In this document: one piece after another, positions 39,123-48,751 of the stretch
Layout: every line of letters starts with the position of its first letter
Numbering within the stretch: position 1 is the first letter of the stretch
Assembly: GCA_947491315.1 (NCBI GenBank)
Contig: CANLII010000003.1
Coordinates: forward strand, 7,970 to 71,969
Direction of reading: 5' to 3'
Source of the DNA: Ignavibacteria bacterium
GTDB lineage: Bacteria > Bacteroidota > Ignavibacteria > Kapaibacteriales > UBA961
Length of the DNA: 64,000 nt
Program-made: the position numbers and the translations under genes
The notes under the pieces: generated by a model
What the model was told of the DNA's origin: nothing
The model's database searches: none
The model's input: only the letters and a program-made list of their open reading frames with translations

Positions 39123-39419
39123 GTGAAACTACAAAGCATACTAGATGACATGCTCACATTGGCGCATGATCTGAATTACTCTGTTCGCAGAGAAAAGGGA
39201 AATTTTCGTGGCGGAGATTGTCGTGTTAATGATGATCGGTATATAGTCCTGAATTCACTGATTCCATTAGAATCTCGGATAGTATTACTGGCAAGAATCT
39301 TGGCCAAACATGACTTGAAGAATATGAGTGTCAGGCCTGCTGTGAAAGCCATGATTGAGAAAGAAAAGGGAAAAGATGATACGGGTCATACTATTGAAAT
39401 GGAATTTTCTACTGAATAA
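39123..39419 (+). CDS. hypothetical 98-aa protein
   Basis: The ORF follows the membrane-protein gene after a 17-bp gap and is itself followed by a terminator hairpin. It is non-repetitive and I recognise no family. It is coding only by context. Confidence 0.35.
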   Translation: MKLQSILDDMLTLAHDLNYSVRREKGNFRGGDCRVNDDRYIVLNSLIPLESRIVLLARILAKHDLKNMSVRPAVKAMIEKEKGKDDTGHTIEMEFSTE

Positions 39420-39420
39420 T

Positions 39421-39465
39421 GAAAAAGCCCCAATGAGTCCATTTGCTCTTAGGGGCTTTTTGATG
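39421..39465. terminator. intrinsic terminator (usable in both directions) between the small ORF and dnaN
   Basis: AAAAAGCCCC ...loop... GGGGCTTTTT gives a 7-bp GC stem flanked by an A-run and a T-run. It lies 2 bp after the + stop and 13 bp after the dnaN stop. Confidence 0.65.
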
Positions 39466-39477
39466 TCATTCTATGTA

Positions 39478-40587
39478 TTAGCTTAGCCGAACCGGCATCA
39501 CAAGTATGAGAATATCACTGTTTTCTGAAGTAGGTTCTATTAAAATTGCTCTATTTGGGGAAGAAAATGACAATCTGACCATGCCAGCTTCATCTCCGGA
39601 CAATTGCTGAAGGGCCTCTTCCAAGTATCTGTGATTAAACCCAATCTCGAATGTATCTGATCCTGAAAATTCGCATGCTGTGGATTCATCAGCATTGCTT
39701 CCTGTTTCATCGTCCTCGCCATGCACATGTACTCTATTCGGGGTAAGCGTAATCTTGATTTGTCTGCTTGTGCTACTTGTAAACAGAGCAACGCGCTTGA
39801 TCACTCCCGCCAAATCCTTCTGATTGACCATCGCAATCTTATCATTGTCAACCGGTATAACATTTTCATAAGGAGGAAAACGCTCATCTATGATTCGTGT
39901 GATAACAGTAGTGTCTGACATTGCAAAGCGAGCATGAGTACGGGTAACGGACATATCAACATTTGAATCCACTTTGCGCAGAACATCCATGGCTCTTGAT
40001 GGAATAATCACATCAAGATCATCAGGGAAATTCTGACCTCGAATGATCACGCGAGCAAGTCGATAACTGTCTGTGGAAACCCCGATTACATGATTGCCAC
40101 GGAACTGAAACAATACGCCTGTCATGGCTGGTCGATACTCATCATCAGAAACGGCAAACATTGTTCTATTGGCTATCTTCATTGCATCAGCTGCTGAGAG
40201 TAATGCATGTTCACCCTCAGGGAATACAGGCTGTTGAGGATAATCTGCGCTGTCCATACCTTTCATTGTGAAGGAACCACCGCTTGTTCTGAATGTGATA
40301 TCCAGATTGGAATTGATTTCAATCAACAATGCTCCTTCCTGTCCGAGCGAGCGCAATAATTCATGCAATTTTCTTGCAGGAATCAAGACCGTACCTTGCT
40401 CTTCAACCATGCAAGGAACATGTGTCGCAATGGTCATTTCCTGGTCAGAGGCAATCAAATCCAAGCCTGATTGTGAAGCAGTGCAATACACATGTTCCAA
40501 AACGGGAAGGGTTGAACGAGGTGGAACCGCAGGCAATACGCGCTGCATGGCTTTTTGAAAATCACCGAGTGAGATTGAAAATTTCAT
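39478..40587 (-). CDS. dnaN: DNA polymerase III beta sliding clamp
   Basis: 369 aa. MKFSISLGDFQKAMQRVLPAVPPRSTLPVLEHVY..., three-domain colinearity, and a C-terminal ...ILVMPVRLS. Confidence 0.9.
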   Translation of the reverse strand: MKFSISLGDFQKAMQRVLPAVPPRSTLPVLEHVYCTASQSGLDLIASDQEMTIATHVPCMVEEQGTVLIPARKLHELLRSLGQEGALLIEINSNLDITFRTSGGSFTMKGMDSADYPQQPVFPEGEHALLSAADAMKIANRTMFAVSDDEYRPAMTGVLFQFRGNHVIGVSTDSYRLARVIIRGQNFPDDLDVIIPSRAMDVLRKVDSNVDMSVTRTHARFAMSDTTVITRIIDERFPPYENVIPVDNDKIAMVNQKDLAGVIKRVALFTSSTSRQIKITLTPNRVHVHGEDDETGSNADESTACEFSGSDTFEIGFNHRYLEEALQQLSGDEAGMVRLSFSSPNRAILIEPTSENSDILILVMPVRLS

Positions 40588-40622
40588 GAGAATGCGGATG
40601 TTGATGTATGAAAGTGAATATC

Positions 40623-40889
40623 TTATAATTCGCCAAATCCGGAACTGAAAAACAAAGCGATATCATCCATTGCTTGTTTCTCATCAGGTCCAGTAACAGT
40701 TACTTCCAATTTGCAGCCAAGTTCAGCGGCCAAAGTCATAACTCCAATGATGCTCTTTGCATTGATGGAAAATCCATCTCTGTTAAGGAAAATCTCGGAT
40801 TTGTATTTTGCTGCAAGTTTCACAAGCGAAGCGGCAGGTCTTGTGTGAAGACCAGCTCTATTTTTAACGGTAACGGTTGATACAAGCAT
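40623..40889 (-). CDS. ptsH: phosphocarrier protein HPr
   Basis: 88 aa. VKNRAGLHTRPAASLV contains the active His15 region, and the regulatory-Ser region (KSIIGVM) is also present. Confidence 0.85.
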   Translation of the reverse strand: MLVSTVTVKNRAGLHTRPAASLVKLAAKYKSEIFLNRDGFSINAKSIIGVMTLAAELGCKLEVTVTGPDEKQAMDDIALFFSSGFGEL

Positions 40890-41118
40890 AGTGATTCATT
40901 TCGAATTATTGTCTGAAAATGCCCAGGATCTGTAGCGGGATACGGCAAAAACCATGATCAGAAGGAAAATATACAAATTCTGATGACCTCATTTCATGGA
41001 AAATTGTCAACAATTTGTCCACAATGATAGCGAATGCCGAGAGGATGTCCAAGTTAGCAATCGAGTAAATTGTATTTTTGAAACAATGATTCCATATTTC
41101 TTTGTCCAAAGGCCAATT

Positions 41119-41715
41119 ATGATGTCTTTTTCATCAGCCATCCGAAAAACAATTGAGGATTCAATTGCAACGAAACAAGCATTACTTTCTACTCAATCTG
41201 AAGCCATTGAAAGAACCGGGAAACTGCTTGCAGAGAAACTGAAAGCAGGCGGTAAGGTTATGTTTTGTGGAAATGGTGGAAGTGCTGCAGATAGCCAACA
41301 TCTAGCCGCTGAATTGGTGGTTAGATTGCGAAGTTCTGTGAATCGTGCTGCAATTCCTGCAATGGCATTGACAGTTGATTCTTCCATCATGACAGCGGGT
41401 GGAAATGATATTGGATTTGAACATGTTTTTGCTCGCTGCGTTGAAGCATATGGTCGCCCAGGTGATGTGCTCATAGGCATTTCCACATCGGGTAATTCAA
41501 AAAATGTGAAACTTGCCATGGAAAAGGCAAAACAACAAGGGGTATATGTTATTGGTCTTTTGGGTGGCTCCGGGGGTTTTCTCCTTCAAGAAAGTGAAGA
41601 TGCTGTTGTTGTGCCAAGTTCGGTTACAGCGCGAATCCAAGAGTCTCATATCATGATTGGTCATATTTGGTGCGAAATGGTGGAAGAAATCCTATTCCCT
41701 GAATTATTCACCTGA
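41119..41715 (+). CDS. gmhA: D-sedoheptulose 7-phosphate isomerase (SIS domain)
   Basis: About 199 aa counted from the internal ATG. KVMFCGNGGSAADSQHLAAELV and ISTSGNSKNV are GmhA/SIS motifs. Confidence 0.8.
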   Translation: MMSFSSAIRKTIEDSIATKQALLSTQSEAIERTGKLLAEKLKAGGKVMFCGNGGSAADSQHLAAELVVRLRSSVNRAAIPAMALTVDSSIMTAGGNDIGFEHVFARCVEAYGRPGDVLIGISTSGNSKNVKLAMEKAKQQGVYVIGLLGGSGGFLLQESEDAVVVPSSVTARIQESHIMIGHIWCEMVEEILFPELFT

Positions 41716-43524
41716 TTCAATTGTAGTATTCAAGATATTGAGACATAGCCTCATTGTTTCTCGATTGCATTCCTTCATGCGAAAGGTTGTGTCCAAAGCC
41801 TGTATTGATTGCGCAATCTGTTTTGCAGCTTTACCTGAATATATGAGTTGAGATGTATTGTGATATTGAACAATGTATTGAATCAATGCTTTGTCATTTC
41901 CCTTGAAACGCATTCTGTCTCTGTCCAATAATAGTATGTCCTTGCCAATCAATCCAACTAGTATGTCTTTTCTTCTCAGAAACTGAATCTTCTCCTTTTC
42001 CTCTATTGTGATTTCTTCATGAATTCCATGCATACCAATCATACATATCGTTGAACATATGATGCAAATGAGAAATTGAATGAGGCTCCTAGAACGATAT
42101 ACAATCAGGATTGAGATGATGATCATGAGTGATATCCATATTGAAAATTCTCCCCGATAAGCAATCCAATCGAATGTTGAAATCTGTATATGCAATTCAT
42201 CTGCTATACCGATGACTTGATGAGCAGATAGTGCAAAGAGTTCTGCAAGATATATACTGAATGGAAAGCACATCAATGCGATGATTGTCCAACAAAGTGC
42301 AATGGTGAACATTGGTATGAATATGAGATTTGCAATTGGGGAAATGAATGAAATCATTTCGAAATACCATGCAGACAATGGAAGGAGAATCATCATTGCC
42401 GACATTGAAGTTGATAATGAGCGTGCTATCGACTTTGGAAAAATCCTCTGATGAAACTCTTGAAGATATTGGGGTAAGAAAATCAGTCCGAACATGCCGA
42501 CCATAGACATCTGAAATCCAATTGAAGTGAGTAATGTTGGATCAAGCGAAATCATGAAGCCTCCAACCGTCAGTAGTACATGTATTCCATGTGCTTTTCT
42601 TTGAAATGAAAAGATTGTGTAACCAAGAGATGTCATCATGCAAGCACGAATAGCCGGTGGATCCCAATGAACAATCTCCAAAAACACAATAAGTGAAAGT
42701 ATGAGAAGTATATTTCTAAGCATGAGTGAAGGAATCCACGAAAGAAGAAACATGATCATCAATGCTATGATTCCAGCGTGAAAACCACTCACCGATAATA
42801 TGTGTGCTGTACCCAATAATGCAAATGCAGTTCGCAGATTAGATGAAATTTCCGATGTCTCGCCCAGTACTATTCCCTTGACCAATGGTACACTTTCCTT
42901 TGGAAAAACTCTGCTCAATGCAATGTTGATCCAGTCTCGAAGGTATCGTATGGATGGATCAATGCCATGATGTTCATCATGAAGAATAGCTGTCTCTTTC
43001 ACTGTTAAGATAAATTGTATATTCTTGCTTTGTAGAAAGTTATTTTGATCAAATTCTCCGCGCAATTCAGCTTTCTCGGGGTTTGAAGCAATTCCCTGAA
43101 CCTGAATATTCATGCCTTCTTTCAGCGCCAATCCTGAACCAGTGAAGCGAAGTAGAATCCTGCAATGCTCAATGCGAGGCAATTGAGGTGTGTCGATATA
43201 TCCTTCAATGATGCACTGCGTAACAGTACTTTTCTTAGAAATTTCCTGAATCCTACCTTTTGCAATGGCCTTCATTCGAATGGCATGTCCTTTTGTTCCC
43301 ACAATCTTCATGGAATCTGATTCGGCTTGAATGCACATTCCAAGGAGTACTGCTGAAAGAAATTTCCCGATTGGTATAATCATCGAAAGGAAAGCCATGG
43401 AAATAGACATGATCATAAGATAAAGGGGATCAATGCGGATATCAATCACACTATTTAGTCCCATTCCAAAGAGCATAAATAGCGCAATGAATAGAGTAGG
43501 TATCATTGAATATTTGTAAGTCAT
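41704..43524 (-). CDS. comEC: ComEC/Rec2-family membrane protein (DUF4131 plus competence domain, no metallo-beta-lactamase domain)
   Basis: 606 aa. LVKGIVLGETSEISSNLRTAFALLGTAHILSVSGFHAGIIAL is the ComEC competence-domain signature, with many transmembrane helices. Confidence 0.7.
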   Translation of the reverse strand: MTYKYSMIPTLFIALFMLFGMGLNSVIDIRIDPLYLMIMSISMAFLSMIIPIGKFLSAVLLGMCIQAESDSMKIVGTKGHAIRMKAIAKGRIQEISKKSTVTQCIIEGYIDTPQLPRIEHCRILLRFTGSGLALKEGMNIQVQGIASNPEKAELRGEFDQNNFLQSKNIQFILTVKETAILHDEHHGIDPSIRYLRDWINIALSRVFPKESVPLVKGIVLGETSEISSNLRTAFALLGTAHILSVSGFHAGIIALMIMFLLSWIPSLMLRNILLILSLIVFLEIVHWDPPAIRACMMTSLGYTIFSFQRKAHGIHVLLTVGGFMISLDPTLLTSIGFQMSMVGMFGLIFLPQYLQEFHQRIFPKSIARSLSTSMSAMMILLPLSAWYFEMISFISPIANLIFIPMFTIALCWTIIALMCFPFSIYLAELFALSAHQVIGIADELHIQISTFDWIAYRGEFSIWISLMIIISILIVYRSRSLIQFLICIICSTICMIGMHGIHEEITIEEKEKIQFLRRKDILVGLIGKDILLLDRDRMRFKGNDKALIQYIVQYHNTSQLIYSGKAAKQIAQSIQALDTTFRMKECNRETMRLCLNILNTTIESGE

Positions 43525-43545
43525 CTCATCCCCTGATTATACTTC

Positions 43546-43580
43546 AAAAATAAAAAAGCCGCCCAAATTGGACGGCTCTT
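43546..43580 (-). terminator. probable intrinsic terminator after the amidohydrolase gene
   Basis: On the minus strand the sequence reads AGCCGTCC-AATTTG-GGCGGCT followed by TTTTTTATTTTT. Confidence 0.5.
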
Positions 43581-43603
43581 GAATTTCTACCGATAATCAC
43601 TGA

Positions 43604-46600
43604 TTATTCTTCGTCGAATCCTGCCATGTCATCGAACACATCTTCGCAATCATACAGATGCTTTTGTCCGGAGAATCTTCCCTTACCGCCTGAACTTTTC
43701 TCATCAGTGTTCATGGCTTTTTGTTCGAGAGTTGCACGAATGCCTGCATCTCTTTTGCGAAGTTGTTCATCGGTTTTTCTGTCGAAATATTTTCGACCAT
43801 CCACAAAGGTTTGTTCAACTCTGGAGAAGTTGGATAATGGATTGCCTGACCATACAACGATATCTGCATCTTTGCCAATCTCGATTGAACCAATGCGATC
43901 ATCTACCTTGAGTAGTTTAGCAGGATTGATCGTGACAAATTTCATGGCTTCTTCTTCGGAGACAGGACCATATTTCACGGACTTGCCGGCTTCTTGATTG
44001 AGTCTGCGAGCCATCTCCGCATCATCACTGTTAATGGCAACAGTTACGCCTTCTTCATGCATGATTGCAGGGTTTTCTGGGATTGCATCATATACTTCAA
44101 ATTTATATGCCCACCAATCAGCAAAACTTGAAGCTCCAACTCCATGAACCTTCATTTCTTTTGCTAGTTTGTATCCTTCGAGAATATGCGTGAAAGTATT
44201 GATCTTGAAACCAAATTCTTCCGCAAGTCTGATGAGCATGAGAATTTCGCTTTGTACATAGGAATGGCAATGAATTTGTCTTTTTCCTCGAATGATTTCA
44301 AGTAATGTTTCAAGCTGTATATCCTTGCGTGGAGGCAATTTGCCGGATGTTCCGGATTCTTTCCAGGCTTTTTCATACTCAAGTGCGGCACGGAATCCAT
44401 CACGCATGATTTCTTCCACACCCATTCTGGTTTGTGGATAGCGCGATGTAAAGCGATCACCCCAATTTGCTTGTTTTACGTTTTCGCCAAGTGCAAATTT
44501 GATTGTACCGGGAAATTCCATCTTCAATCCATCAGCATCATCACCCCAACGAAGTTTGATGAGTTGCAATTGTCCGCCGATTGGATTGGCTGATCCATGA
44601 AGCAAATGGCTTGCAGTAACGCCACCGGCAAGTTGACGATAGATATTGATATCATCAGGTTGTAATACATCACCGATTCGAACTTCCGCCGTAACGGCAT
44701 GTGTTCCTTCATTCAATCCGGATTCGATTGCAATGTGAGAATGCTCATCGATGATACCGGGGGCCAGATGTTTTCCAGTTGCATCGATTATTGTATCGGC
44801 TTTTTGCTGTAAATCTTTTGCAATTGCTGTGATTTTCCCACCTGAGATAAAGACATCTACACCTTTCAATATTCCTTCTTTTGCGGATGTCCACACTGTT
44901 GCATTTTTGAATAATACCGTTTTCTGTATGGGAATACTTTCTAGACCGAATGGTCCATCGGGGAAAACGATCGGATATGTTTTTGAAAGTGAACCGAGCT
45001 TTTCTTGATTGATTTTTTCAGTATATCCGCTATCTCGAATGGCGGTCCAAGCAATTTCGCGACCAGTTGGCAATACTGCAGTGCCTCTCGCATTTAAAGA
45101 GTCCATGAATCCTGTTGCTCGAATCATTCCCATTGCACCAAGTGAATCGCCGGTGAAAGTGAAATGTACTTGTTTACCTGATTGTGTGATCTTAGAGGTA
45201 ATCTTAACAGAATCCTTCATGAGTGATGCATTGGGTTCATCAATTTTCCCCTCAATGTTCCATTGCATTTTTGGAAGTGATTCGGCTGTGAATCTCCAAT
45301 ATCCTCTCAAATCATATTCGGGTTTTTGTTGGATGACATGCTCTTGGCCGGCAACAAAAACCGAGATGATTGATCCTGTTTCAAAAAGATTCGCATCGGA
45401 AATAATAAGGTTTGCAAATGCTCCTGATTTGATAGTACCCGCCAAATCGTCTATTCCCAACATTTCTGCAGGAATCGTTGTGAGTGCGGCAAGCGCTGTT
45501 TCTTCTTTTAAACCATAGCGAATTGCTTTGCGTAGATTCTTGAGAAAATCTGACTTGTCTTTCAATCCATGCATTGTGATTGCAAATGTCACTCCGACAG
45601 AATCCAATATCGCAGGATTAGAAGGTGCCGCATCCCATGCTTTCAATTCAGCAAGCGATACACTGGATGCATTTCTCAGTGATTGCACATTGGGTGCTCC
45701 CGGAAATGCAATCGGAATGATCATCTTTGACTTTAATGATGCGATTTGTGATAGTCTGCGATATTCATAGCCACTGCCTTCGTAAATCATGGATAAACCA
45801 AACTCTTTGGCAATCTTTGATGCACGAAGAACGGAGTGTTCATTATTCGTTTCAAAAATAATGGGGGTTTTTCTTGTGAATATTCCGGCAATCGCTTCGA
45901 GAGAAAAATTGGTTTCAGGAGCCTGTATCTTGGGATTTTTCGCAAATGCGGATTGTGCTTCCGCATACCATTGACCATCCAAAAAGGCTTGTCTGAGCAA
46001 TGCAATGCTACCCATCATTGCCGAGGGATATGCATTGCGAGAATTTCCTTTTCTAAAGGACATCCATTGTGTGATATCAGGTTTAACGATTACCTCATTG
46101 GCTGTGCCGGCTTTTGCTAAAACGAGCGCCGATATTCCACGCATAATGCCGTCCATGGAATTGACATGAGCCATGCAGAAACCTTGCTTATACAATTCGG
46201 ATGCAGACTTTTCATCAATCCCAAGTGTATTTGCAATATTCATTTCAGGCTTGATCGCCTCATTCCAATAACGCGCGCCACGATTCAATGATCCAGGTTT
46301 TTCCACTTCATCATCACCCTCAGCAGAAAATGCAGCGCCTTTCTTTTGAGAATTACCTGTTCCTGCTGATGAATATGATTCAATGAAACCTGCATATACA
46401 TATGCACCGTTCAATGAACGAACTGTTGCTCCAACAGGAATCGCAATCTGTGCGCCAGCCGCTTCGATTCTATCATTTCGAATGATGATTGTTGCATTTC
46501 TGATGATTCTGCCTGGCTCGGGTATGAGCGTACATTGAGTTAAAGCAATATACTTTAAGGGCTTTTCGCGCAAGCCATCAATTGACTTGCTCTGCATCAG

Positions 46601-46690
46601 AGGTTGTGCAAATGCGTAAAATTCACTTGTAATCCATGCAGTGCAAACAATGAGCATGAATCGAAGAAGAGAATGGATCTTTGGGGACAT
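43604..46690 (-). CDS. large exported amidohydrolase-family protein (two amidohydrolase-like domains)
   Basis: 1028 aa with a signal peptide. The metal-binding HxH motif (IIDEHSHIAIE) is in the C-terminal half, and an amidohydrolase-like fold (DAHVHL-type region, GVTVAINSDD) recurs. Confidence 0.6.
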   Translation of the reverse strand: MSPKIHSLLRFMLIVCTAWITSEFYAFAQPLMQSKSIDGLREKPLKYIALTQCTLIPEPGRIIRNATIIIRNDRIEAAGAQIAIPVGATVRSLNGAYVYAGFIESYSSAGTGNSQKKGAAFSAEGDDEVEKPGSLNRGARYWNEAIKPEMNIANTLGIDEKSASELYKQGFCMAHVNSMDGIMRGISALVLAKAGTANEVIVKPDITQWMSFRKGNSRNAYPSAMMGSIALLRQAFLDGQWYAEAQSAFAKNPKIQAPETNFSLEAIAGIFTRKTPIIFETNNEHSVLRASKIAKEFGLSMIYEGSGYEYRRLSQIASLKSKMIIPIAFPGAPNVQSLRNASSVSLAELKAWDAAPSNPAILDSVGVTFAITMHGLKDKSDFLKNLRKAIRYGLKEETALAALTTIPAEMLGIDDLAGTIKSGAFANLIISDANLFETGSIISVFVAGQEHVIQQKPEYDLRGYWRFTAESLPKMQWNIEGKIDEPNASLMKDSVKITSKITQSGKQVHFTFTGDSLGAMGMIRATGFMDSLNARGTAVLPTGREIAWTAIRDSGYTEKINQEKLGSLSKTYPIVFPDGPFGLESIPIQKTVLFKNATVWTSAKEGILKGVDVFISGGKITAIAKDLQQKADTIIDATGKHLAPGIIDEHSHIAIESGLNEGTHAVTAEVRIGDVLQPDDINIYRQLAGGVTASHLLHGSANPIGGQLQLIKLRWGDDADGLKMEFPGTIKFALGENVKQANWGDRFTSRYPQTRMGVEEIMRDGFRAALEYEKAWKESGTSGKLPPRKDIQLETLLEIIRGKRQIHCHSYVQSEILMLIRLAEEFGFKINTFTHILEGYKLAKEMKVHGVGASSFADWWAYKFEVYDAIPENPAIMHEEGVTVAINSDDAEMARRLNQEAGKSVKYGPVSEEEAMKFVTINPAKLLKVDDRIGSIEIGKDADIVVWSGNPLSNFSRVEQTFVDGRKYFDRKTDEQLRKRDAGIRATLEQKAMNTDEKSSGGKGRFSGQKHLYDCEDVFDDMAGFDEE

Positions 46691-46780
46691 CGTATTGAAA
46701 TCCTTGACTATTTGATTATTGGAGGGGCAAAATACTAAAAATGAATGATGTCAGCGATGCTTGTTTCATACATTTTTATA

Positions 46781-46811
46781 ATAAAAAACCCGCTTTTGAA
46801 AAAAAAGCGGG
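46781..46811 (-). terminator. intrinsic terminator after the tRNA-Ala/tRNA-Asp transcription unit
   Basis: 9-bp stem CCCGCTTTT/AAAAGCGGG with loop GAAAA at 46789-46811, flanked by a 6-nt A-run on the plus strand. That A-run reads as a T-run on the minus strand, directly after the hairpin. Confidence 0.7.
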
Positions 46812-46817
46812 CTTCTG

Positions 46818-46891
46818 CGGGACCGACGAGGCTCGAACTCGCGACCTCTGCCTTGACAGGGCAGCGCTCTAACCAGCTGAGCTACGATCCC
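46818..46891 (-). tRNA. tRNA-Asp(GUC)
   Basis: Manual fold. Acceptor GGGAUCG/CGGUCCC (one G-U pair) with discriminator G, a D-arm with a 9-nt loop, the anticodon loop CUGUCAA (GUC), and a T-arm GCGAG-UUCGAGC-CUCGU. The molecule is 74 nt. Confidence 0.85.
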
Positions 46892-46908
46892 AAGACTTTG
46901 TTTGTATG

Positions 46909-46981
<73 letters not shown>

Positions 46982-47194
46982 GTTGCAAACGGGAGCGACA
47001 AAATTATGGTCATTTGTCGGAAAAACCAAGCTGTTTTTTTTATTAAAAGCAAATTGAATCAAAAAGTGATTGTAGTGCACGATGAAAAACCCTCTACTCT
47101 CCTATTTTTTTGATACTTTTGCTATGTGATTATGTGATGGATAGTACAAATCTTCCAATGCACTTCATTATTTGTGATGTATCACATGAGATGA

Positions 47195-48295
47195 TTGATG
47201 ATGATTCTTGAACTTGTTTTGCTTATTGCTTGCTTTGGGCTGAGCGCATTCAATGCTTTGTCGAGGTCTGCTCTTACGGAATTGACACCACAATTCTTGG
47301 ATGCATTTGAAGCAATAAAGCCGGATAGAGCAAAATTCCTCATCAAACTTCGCTCCACAAATGCTGATCAGGCCCGAATTTCATTGCTTATAATGGATGC
47401 GTTGATCTTGATCATGATAGGTGCAATGACATTCTCCTGGACAAATCTCAGTTTTGAAGAACCATTGGCAGAAATACCTGCAATCGCACTTTCACTGCTT
47501 TTGGTCATTAGTATCAAGACACTGTCATCCGCCATAGGGGAGCGCTTTGCTGAAAGACTTACCACTTCCACTGTTGTATATCTTAAATTTCTTTCGTTTG
47601 TATGGTATCCTCTGTCAATTATTCTGGGCCGGCTTGGTAGATTCATTAATCCGCCGATGACTGAATCAGAACAAAGAGAGGAATTTGATGCTCTCGTAGA
47701 TACCGCTCGCGAAGAGGGAACTCTCGATGATGGTGAATATAGGATCTTTAAGAGTATTATGAATTTCAGTGAAATTCGTGTGGCCGATATCATGACTCCA
47801 AGATCGGTGGTATTCAGCGTGCCTTCCACAAAAACAGTAGCAGAAGTTGCTTTATTACCGGAATTACAAATGTATTCTCGATTTCCGGTTTGGGAAGGAG
47901 ACTCCATCGATGGCGTAATCGGATATGCCCTCACGAAGGATGTTCTTCGAGCTGCTCTGGATGGAAGAAGAAATCGTACATTGGACAGACTGGTGCGTCA
48001 AGCGAATTTTATTCCCGATAATGCCACGCTTGAAAAAGCACTCGAGCAATTTCTTCAAGGCAGACAGCATATGTTTGTTGTTGTTGATGAATACGGCGGA
48101 ATCGAGGGTTTGGTAACAATGGAAGATGTGCTAGAAACAATGCTTGGCACTGAGATTATGGATGAAGCCGATAGAGTCGTGGACTTGCGTGATCTTGCCA
48201 AATCTCGAAGAGATAAACGCGTTGCCGAGTATCAAGAAAGAGACTTATTGAATAAACAAGAAACCGATGAAGACATCGATTCCGAAGAAGAATGA
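47195..48295 (+). CDS. CNNM/CorC-family transporter (DUF21 transmembrane domain plus CBS pair)
   Basis: The N-terminal half is DUF21 with 4 transmembrane helices. A CBS pair follows (VADIMTPRSVVFSVPSTKTVAEV ... MFVVVDEYGGIEGLVTMEDVLE). The acidic C-terminal tail shows no CorC_HlyC domain. Confidence 0.75.
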   Translation: MMMILELVLLIACFGLSAFNALSRSALTELTPQFLDAFEAIKPDRAKFLIKLRSTNADQARISLLIMDALILIMIGAMTFSWTNLSFEEPLAEIPAIALSLLLVISIKTLSSAIGERFAERLTTSTVVYLKFLSFVWYPLSIILGRLGRFINPPMTESEQREEFDALVDTAREEGTLDDGEYRIFKSIMNFSEIRVADIMTPRSVVFSVPSTKTVAEVALLPELQMYSRFPVWEGDSIDGVIGYALTKDVLRAALDGRRNRTLDRLVRQANFIPDNATLEKALEQFLQGRQHMFVVVDEYGGIEGLVTMEDVLETMLGTEIMDEADRVVDLRDLAKSRRDKRVAEYQERDLLNKQETDEDIDSEEE

Positions 48296-48693
48296 TCATA
48301 AGAAAAACCATATCGACACTCCTTTTAAGCATGCTCATCCTCACCATGAGCGGTGCTCCAATGCTTCTTCATCATTGTTGCGGTGAATTAGAATCTATCT
48401 CTTTTTCACTCGATCATCAAGATGAATGCTGTAAGCAAACACTTTCAGAAATCACTATAAATGCACCGGCATGTTGCGAAGATGAGATCGTCGAAACAGC
48501 ATTGAATCTCGAAGGATTTCCGCATTCAATATCCATTCTGTTTATTTCCCCGATGATCGGAATATTGGAATATTTGAAATCTGATATACACTCACTTGAA
48601 CAATCTACATTTCTTCTTGCCTCCTTTTTAACATTTCCTTCCACCTCATCTCTGTTTCAAGACCGAGCCGGTCTCTGCATATTTCGAATATAG
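48292..48693 (+). CDS. small exported cysteine-rich protein (three CC doublets), no family recognised
   Basis: 133 aa with a signal peptide (TISTLLLSMLILTMSGAPMLL). The motifs are HHCCGE, DECCKQ and PACCEDE within 50 residues. The ATG overlaps the CNNM stop (ATGA). The TonB-dependent receptor gene starts 58 bp downstream. Confidence 0.45.
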   Translation: MIIRKTISTLLLSMLILTMSGAPMLLHHCCGELESISFSLDHQDECCKQTLSEITINAPACCEDEIVETALNLEGFPHSISILFISPMIGILEYLKSDIHSLEQSTFLLASFLTFPSTSSLFQDRAGLCIFRI

Positions 48694-48751
48694 AATGCTG
48701 TGATTCATCATTGATCATCAACAGTATTCATTAATATTCAAGAGATAGATT

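Noticed and set aside
40890-41118. 67-aa ORF 40906..41109 (-) in the ptsH/gmhA divergent spacer
   Set aside because: It overlaps the likely promoter region of both genes, has low-complexity composition and no family, and is probably non-coding.
46982-47194. Possible riboswitch in the 213-bp leader of the CNNM-receptor-ribE string (cobalamin or FMN)
   Set aside because: No B12-box (GCCACTG) or FMN-element consensus is visible. The region more likely holds the divergent tRNA and corC promoters.
47368-47934. 188-aa antisense ORF inside the CNNM/CorC gene, and similar long antisense ORFs (for example 45009..45518 inside the amidohydrolase gene, 4666..5136 inside pdxH, 34647..34979, 20482..20886)
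   Set aside because: Each is fully embedded in and antisense to, or out of frame with, a well-supported gene. None has a recognisable family. This is the usual pattern of shadow ORFs in AT-poor third-position frames.
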